Shown here: one piece after another, positions 30,500 through 37,500 of the stretch
How the letters are laid out: every line of letters begins with the position of its first letter
Numbering within the stretch: the stretch's first letter is position 1
From: Rotaria socialis
Lineage: Eukaryota
Direction: 5' to 3'
Length of the DNA: 37,500 nucleotides
Assembly (NCBI GenBank): GCA_905331295.1
Contig: CAJNYD010000015.1
Location: forward strand, 372,001-409,500
Notes under the pieces: model-generated
Told to the model about the DNA's origin: nothing
Databases searched by the model: none
The model's input: only the letters and a program-made list of their open reading frames with translations
Made by a program: the position numbers and the translations under genes

Positions 30500-32966
30500 T
30501 TATACTTCGGTAGCATTGCTGAACCTATTAATATCTTCTAAATCAATAGAATCTATTTCGCGATCACTATCATTCCGACGATTATCTTTTGATTTTCTTC
30601 GTGAGATACGACTTATTTTAAACTTTCCTTTGCTTTCCTTCTTTCGTGATGATGATTGTTTTATAAATTCTTTACTATCAGTAACTCGTTTGGGTTGGTC
30701 CAAATGACGTAACCAAATAATGATATACAATAGTATTGTCCATAATCCTTCAAGTCCATTACAGATAATGAATACCCACGATAAAACATTTCCAACTTCG
30801 GATTGAACAAATGTTATAATTGGACCAATCAACCATCCTACACCTTGAGTAATACAGGATGATAATAACACAAGAATGAATTGTTTCATTCGTTCATATG
30901 ATTGATGTCGTGTTGTAGCATATCGGACATGATGAACAATACGTCGAATGACAAGAATAATTGTAATAAAATTCAATAAAAGAAATATGCCAATAGGTAT
31001 TATCACAAAATAATAAAAGACATCTCGAGTAAACCAACAAAGTTTATAGGGATATAATTGTGTAATATTATAAGATGGATTCGAATTGAATCCTATTGCA
31101 AACGAAGTACAGATTATTGAAATGAAAAATGAGACAATAATGAATACGAATAGTTGTCGACGCGGTGGCTCAGGAAAAAGTCGAACAAAACGAAGATAAT
31201 TGAAGTAACCAATGCTTGTTTTAGTGCAAAACATGAATATTAAAAAGAAATAAACGAAAAACATCAAAATACTCGAATTTAGGAAACATTTTGTTTCGTT
31301 TTCAGATGGTGTTTGAGTATAAACTGTCATACCAAGTGCAATGAAAAATATAAAGAGAATAGTTGTACTTGCAGATGAAATCAATGGAAGTAAATCATGA
31401 GCTTTCATTGTTAAAAGAGGATTATGAAGACGAACAATAGTACTATGAGTAATAACTATAATAAAGCAGATAATGGAAATCGATTGAAATATGAGTGATG
31501 CAATATCTTGAGAGCTGAGATCCTTTGATAGGGGTCCGTTTGGTAGCCAAATAAGTGCAAATGTTGTCAGATGATCACACGTACATTCGTGTCGAGAAAG
31601 AGTTGTGTTGTATATAGGTTTACTGCAACCAGTGTTTTCCCATTTAGACGTAGTTGTATTAAAAAATGAACAAAGATACTTTCCATTTTCACGTAATTCT
31701 TGAGTTTGTAAATCTTGCAAATATAAAGAAACCTTGATAGAATAATTGATAGTTTGGCGTTCTACATTAAATACGATCACTTGTGAAATGACAGATTTAT
31801 TATTTGAAGTATCCAAATTTTGATAATGTACATTCTCACCAGGTATAAATACTTTAATAGATATATTATCATCGAGAGATTCGTCATCAAGAATAACTCC
31901 AGTTGTTATATTCGATTCGATTATGAGTGATTTAGTACTTTCCTTAATAACTGTATTATTTATTCCCATAATAACTGCATTATTTCTTTCCACAGTGATT
32001 GAACCTCCTAAAATCGTATCATTTTCGAGTTTTCTTGATAGTGCAAAAAACAATCCTATGCTTGAATTTAATAGTGGTACATTATTCGATGCATTAACAA
32101 TCCTATCAACTTCAGTAGGCGTTAAATCTTTAGTTTCATTGGTATTCAAAGTCAAATTAGCAGCTGCACCAAAATATACAAGCAGAGCTTCAGCTTTTCC
32201 CGATGAAGTAGCGTTATTATCGCGCAATATGTTGACTGCACCCTCCTGTTTACATAAATATTTGGAGAAAAACTATTGGAAGAAACATGAAAGATGTATC
32301 ATAACATACTCGTGCTTGTGATTTTTCAATACATGTACCATTAATCCAGGGTACTAAAGTGATGTTGAGACAAGTTTCGGGAAACAAATGATTAAAGTCA
32401 GCAGTCGTAGTCGTAGTCGTAGTTACAGTTTGAGTGCTTGTTGAATAGGTGCTATTGTCAGGATTAAAAGTGGTAGGCGTGCCGTCAATTGTTGTTGATT
32501 GAATGGTACTAGTAACATAATCAGCGCTAGCAGAGGTGCCACTGATTGTCGATATGTCATTACTTGTTGTAAAAGTTGATAACGAATATTCCATCGTTGA
32601 TGACACCGTTGCTACTTCGCTTGTCATAATAATTGCTAAAGTAGAGAAGAGTAATGTAGAATATATTGAGTAAAACATAGTACTCTTTCATCTTACTTAT
32701 TTCCATGGATGTCATTGTTATGTCTGTTGTTGTCTCACCTAAAATAAGTCTTAATAATATTGAAAATAAAAAACTTAAATTTTACTTGTATCACCACTTG
32801 CGAATATCCTAGGTTCCATGATTTGCATGAATAAATTTGCGTTTTTTATATCAATCCATGCATCTGGACTATTGTCATTAAAAATTTCACAGTTGAGTAC
32901 GGCAATATTATATGAAATTATCAATAGATACAAAATGTAAAGTACTTGACTAATGGTAACAAGCAT
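30500..32966 (-). CDS. Adhesion GPCR (signal peptide, Ser/Thr stalk, GAIN/GPS, 7TM); exons 32966-32786, 32738-32697, 32635-32310, 32245-30500
   Basis: Hydrophobic N-terminus MLVTISQVLYILYLLII, Thr-rich stalk, GPS CSFFNTTTSKWENTGC...CTCDHL|TTFALIW, seven hydrophobic helices, LCWF, GVGWL, NGLEG. All three introns are GT-AG and keep the frame. Confidence 0.9.
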
Positions 32967-35329
32967 TATGTTAATCTCCTTCGATTAGTAACTGAAAAAA
33001 AGAATAAATCAACAGATACACGAAGTGTGGATTGAAATTGGAGCCTACTGTAACATATACTGCGACATGAAGTGAACACATCTGCATTTATTTTGTGTTT
33101 GAGAAAGCGTGGGAGAAAGAAAAAGTAAGAAGTTTTATGATATCGGAATCAAACAGATTCATTTAACGAGGCTAACTTCTTTCTACAATACTGATATTAC
33201 GGAATATTTTAAAAAAGATGAAAACATACAACATATTAAACAATATTTTGATTCAAGATGAAACTAAATTTTTTTACACTATGAAATAGCGGTGAAAGTA
33301 GAAAGATATGACATGAGCATATTAGTATAATAAAAGTAAATATTTAATTTATGTCTAGAATTTTTCACACGAAAAATCATAAAGTGTACTGATTAAAGTT
33401 GTATCAAAATTCAAGGTTGTGGATTGATAACCCGACAACCAAATTTTTCGAATTACGAAAGTAAATTGTTGGCGAATAATATTGACCTAGTCTCAAAACA
33501 CAGTTCGATTTTATCCAACGTTATTATAGGCCACATCAAATTAAAAGTTTCGCTGCTGATAATTCTACCTTAACGAAAGGAAATGACATATTTGATTAAG
33601 AACGGTGAAAGATAATAGGAAATGGTAGAATATATTTCGGCTCAGTTTTCAACTGTTTTGATTAACAAATGTGTATATATTTTTTCATACTATAAAATTT
33701 TAATTGTGAAAATGAAGATCAACTTATTTACAATCAACGATAATACTTTTCTAATTTGAACATTCTAGAAAAGTTGCATACACCTTAACACCTGATTTTC
33801 GACTTACGTAAGTCAATCTTGGATCTCACGTTAAATACGTTCAATTTAATTCAAGCGGATCTTACATCTATCAGTTGCGATATGCCGAGTTTTATATTTT
33901 GCTTGAAAATTGTATGATGATCTTGAATTCGAGATTACGCATACAATAATAGTCTCCATTTACAAATATATAATGAAGAAAACAAGTAATTATATCAACA
34001 TCTTTTCTACCGTCTATGGACACTATTTTCTTACGATTAGGGTTTTTCTATATATCATAGAAAATAGAATTTTTCCATGTTATGATTGATGCCCGTTGCA
34101 TTATAATAGGTTAGTCGATTTAAATCGAATCTATTTAAATACGAAATTAGTGAAAAGTTCATACTAGATTGTTATATATACATATACATATCGTTTCAAG
34201 GTTATATTGCTTGATAAAGTTGTAATTTTAAAAACAAAATATACAATAATTACCAATACCGTCATGATATGATAAACATTATACATATTTGAATTTATAG
34301 ATACACATACACAATACTGAAATATGAAATTAAACAAAACAATCAAATGAAATCTTTGTTTAACTCGGCGCGAGTCCTAGCCGAGGGAGTAATTAGCATG
34401 CAATTATATCTGGTATTTTTCTATCACTAAAAAGGAATATTATCGTTGAAATCAGATTATAGCATCAAGTTAGGATTCTTTAATTACAGACATAACTGTC
34501 GTCATCATAAGATCAATGATTAAGAAAAAATTGACAGAAAAGGCTAATTTATATAATTTATTTATTTTGTGCCCGGAAAATAAAAATGAGAATATACAAA
34601 TTGTTTATTATATTATCCCTTAATTTTTGATTACTATTTATTTCACTATAAGAAAGTAACTGCATATATTGTATGTATATACAAGAAAATTCAATATTCC
34701 GTCAATCATTAGTGAACATTTTAAACTCATAACATAAATTGCAATAATAGCCGTATACATTACTACATTGTTTAGATAATTAGTTGATCGTTTCGGTACA
34801 GGAAACTAGAATCCAATGCTTTGTTTAAAACTCAACTTAAGTCTTTTACTTATTGAGCAGATAAAAATATTTGGTTGGTGAATAGCATGCATTATTTTGA
34901 CGTCATTCAACACTTTTTTTACTGATTTATTGTAGTATTCAAAAAAAAATGACCATGAAGCACCGTTTACTCATAGAAATCATCGACAATCCAAAAATAA
35001 TTGTTTTGAATGCGAATCGGAAACTAAAAAGCTGTATGAGTGCATTACTCGCGTCAGATAGAGAGTACATCTTGATAATACCTACATTATTGTCATTATT
35101 GAATAGAACTTCATATTTATATCCATAAGAAACAAAAATGACATACCTATTTTCTATAATGCAAGTACGATTTGATTTAACAATTGTAAAATTTTTTTCG
35201 ATTATATTGCCTGTAAAAAAATACGTGCACCATTCAATATAGTTTATTAGTGATTCGAAGAGAAAAAATGACTAGAAAAAACTTTTCTTTTCTATAGAAG
35301 AATGGCATAGAAAATATCATATCCAATGG

Positions 35330-37449
35330 CTAAATGGTATTGTCGTCTCCGAATTGATCATTACGAAAACTTCCATCAATCGAACGGTGAATGTGTGCAG
35401 TTTTATTAATAGAATCAAAGCCATGTACTGATTCTTGCCATATATTACGTTCTACTATTCCTGAGTTTTCTCTTTCAGCATTATCTTTTCTTCTAGCATT
35501 TTTACTAGATGATTTTTCACCTTTGCTAACACCAATACTCGATGTTTTAGTAAGTTCAACAATAGCTGTAACACGTTTCTGTTCTTCCATTCCTTGTAAT
35601 TGAATTATTATATATAGAATTATAGACCAAACACCTTCCAATCCATTAAATATAATGAAAAACCATTCTAAAACGTCTCCACCGGTTGGACTCACAAATG
35701 AAATAAATGGCCCAAACAACCATCCAATACCTTGTGTCACACACGATGATAATAAGATAAGTACACACTGTTTCATTCGTTCATACGACTGATGTCGCGT
35801 CGTAGCATTTCGAGCATGAGCAATAATATGTTTACTGACAAAAATAATCGTAAAAATATTTAGTAGAAGAAATAAACAAACAGGTATTGTCATGAAATAG
35901 TAAATAACATCATGAGTAAACCAACAAAGTTGATATGGATATAATTGAGTAATGCTGAATGATGCGTTTGCATTAAAGCCAGCAGCAAATGAAACCCAAG
36001 TGATTGAGACAAGAAATGAAATAATAAGTAAACTATAGAGTTGGCGCAATTTTGGTTCAGGAAAAAGATAAACAAATCGAAGGTAATTGAAGTAGCCAAT
36101 ACTTGTTTTAGTACAGAACATGAATATTAAAAAGAAATAAACGAAAAACATCAAGACACTAGAACTTAGAAAACATTTTGTTTCTTTTTCAGATGGTGTT
36201 TGAGTATAAACTGTCATGCCCAGGGCGATATAGAATATAAAGAGAATAGTTGTACTTGCAGAAGAAATCAACGGAAGTAAATTATTGGTTTGAAATTTCA
36301 ATAATGGATTCATAGCTCGAATAGCAACAGAATGAATAATAACAATTAAGAAGCACACAATAGACACAGATTGAAACACAAGTGATGCAATATCAGCTGC
36401 TCTCATAGTACGTCCATAGGATCCAATTTGTGATTGCGGCAGCCAAATAAGAGCAAACGAAGTTAGATGATTACAACTACATTCATATCTATCGAATGCA
36501 GCGTTGAATAGTGGGTTAGTACAACCAGTTTCGTTCCAACGCGAGTTACTGATGTCATAGAATGAACATAGATACATCGCACTTACATTAGGCTGATATT
36601 CTGGTGATATTTTAAAATACAAAGAAATATTCATGGAACTAGATTCGGAACTGACTCGTTGAACTGAACCCATGACAACCGAAGAGGCAAGTGATTTATT
36701 TGTTTTCTTGTCAACATTTTCGTACATAGTTGGTTTATCGATAATAAACATTTGCAGAGATTTCACATCCAGCAAAGATTGTTCAGCAATAACAGCTGCT
36801 ACACTGGTGTTTGAATTTAACGAAGGATCCACAGTAGAATTCGTTACAGACAAACCACCCAAACCACGCTGAAATCTAGCGCCCAAAAGAATATCATTTG
36901 AACTGTGATTCAGCGGTTGCGCAATGAGAAAAGAGGTATCAGAACGAAGTGTTATACTTATATTATTCAGTTTACTCAGCGAGTCCTCTATTATACTGAT
37001 AGATACAGTACTATTAGCGTCCCTTGACATATTTGCATTATTTACTGATGCTACATACAATGAAAGAGCATTCGCTAGATCAACAGAACTCCCATTACCA
37101 GTGTTTAGTATTCCAGCTGAATATTCCTAGAAAGACAACTATTAGTGAATCGAAGAGCATGATCTACAACAAACCTGACCAGTACCAGAGGAAACACAAG
37201 TACCATTCGGCAATGCAACTTGTGACGAATTACTACACACATCAGGGGTATACCCAGTAGTAGTTGTTGATGTTGACGTAGTGCTACTCGAGGTGGTAGT
37301 GAATGTTGTTAATGTTGAGGAACTGCTCGTCGAGGTAGTGGTCGACGTTGTTGGTGTTGATGTAGTGCTAGTCGCGGTTGTAGTCCTTGTTGTTGATGTT
37401 GACGTACTGCTACTCGAGGTCGTAGTCGATGTCGTTGATGTGGAGGTGG
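35330..37449 (-). CDS. Adhesion GPCR paralog, 5'-truncated (exons 37449-37174 partial, 37126-35330)
   Basis: Ser/Thr stalk, C...NGTC motif with the same intron position as the paralog, GPS CSFYD...WNETGC...CSCNHL|TSFALIW, and a 7TM very similar to the 30500-32245 gene. There is no signal peptide because the stalk abuts the inverted repeat at 37450. Confidence 0.85.
37258..37449 (-). repeat. Imperfect tandem repeats encoding a mucin-like Ser/Thr stalk
   Basis: A recurring unit such as tgttgatgttgacgta(g/c)tgctactcgaggt at ~37265 and ~37391; translates to TTSSSSTSTSTT-type repeats. Confidence 0.85.
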
Positions 37450-37500
37450 TGCTTCTTTGTTTTGTTGAATTAACAGATTCCATTAATTCATATTTTTCTT
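37450..37500. repeat. Right copy of the exact inverted repeat (partner 30381-30431), open at the window edge
   Basis: Exact reverse complement of 30381-30431; may extend beyond 37500. Confidence 0.95.

Noticed and set aside
32636..32678. MFYSIYSTLLFSTL as the start of GPCR-1
   Set aside because: It falls inside a GTAAG...TTTAG intron (32696-32636). Upstream exons splice in frame to a better signal peptide at 32966.
37258..37449. Repeat array considered as CRISPR-like
   Set aside because: It is an in-frame Ser/Thr coding repeat in a eukaryotic gene, with no unique spacers and no cas genes.
37450..37483. ATG of ORF 37142-37483 as the real start of GPCR-2
   Set aside because: MESVNSTKQRS comes from the inverted copy of non-coding 30398-30431 and is not a signal peptide.

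Overview
AT-rich eukaryotic genomic DNA with many short (~45-65 bp) GT-AG introns. It is most consistent with a bdelloid rotifer (inferred from intron size, the GPCR families present and TGTGGG-type repeats). The first ~9 kb is gene-poor and accessory-like. It holds a decayed DIRS/Ngaro-type tyrosine-recombinase fragment ending at an inverted telomere-like repeat, a class A GPCR pseudogene, a two-exon papain-fold (C39-like) peptidase gene that is a horizontal-transfer candidate, and a 100-bp hAT-type MITE. From 9.4 to 30 kb there is a compact block of intron-rich conserved genes: RAD54L2/ARIP4 (+), HPS4-like (+), an alpha-type nicotinic receptor subunit with an anion-type M1-M2 linker (-), SEC23 (-) and a head-to-head HP1/CBX-like gene (+). 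The right end has two tandem adhesion GPCR genes (-). The second is cut at its 5' end by an exact inverted copy of 30381-30431 that runs to the window edge. All gene models were spliced by hand and no database searches were run.
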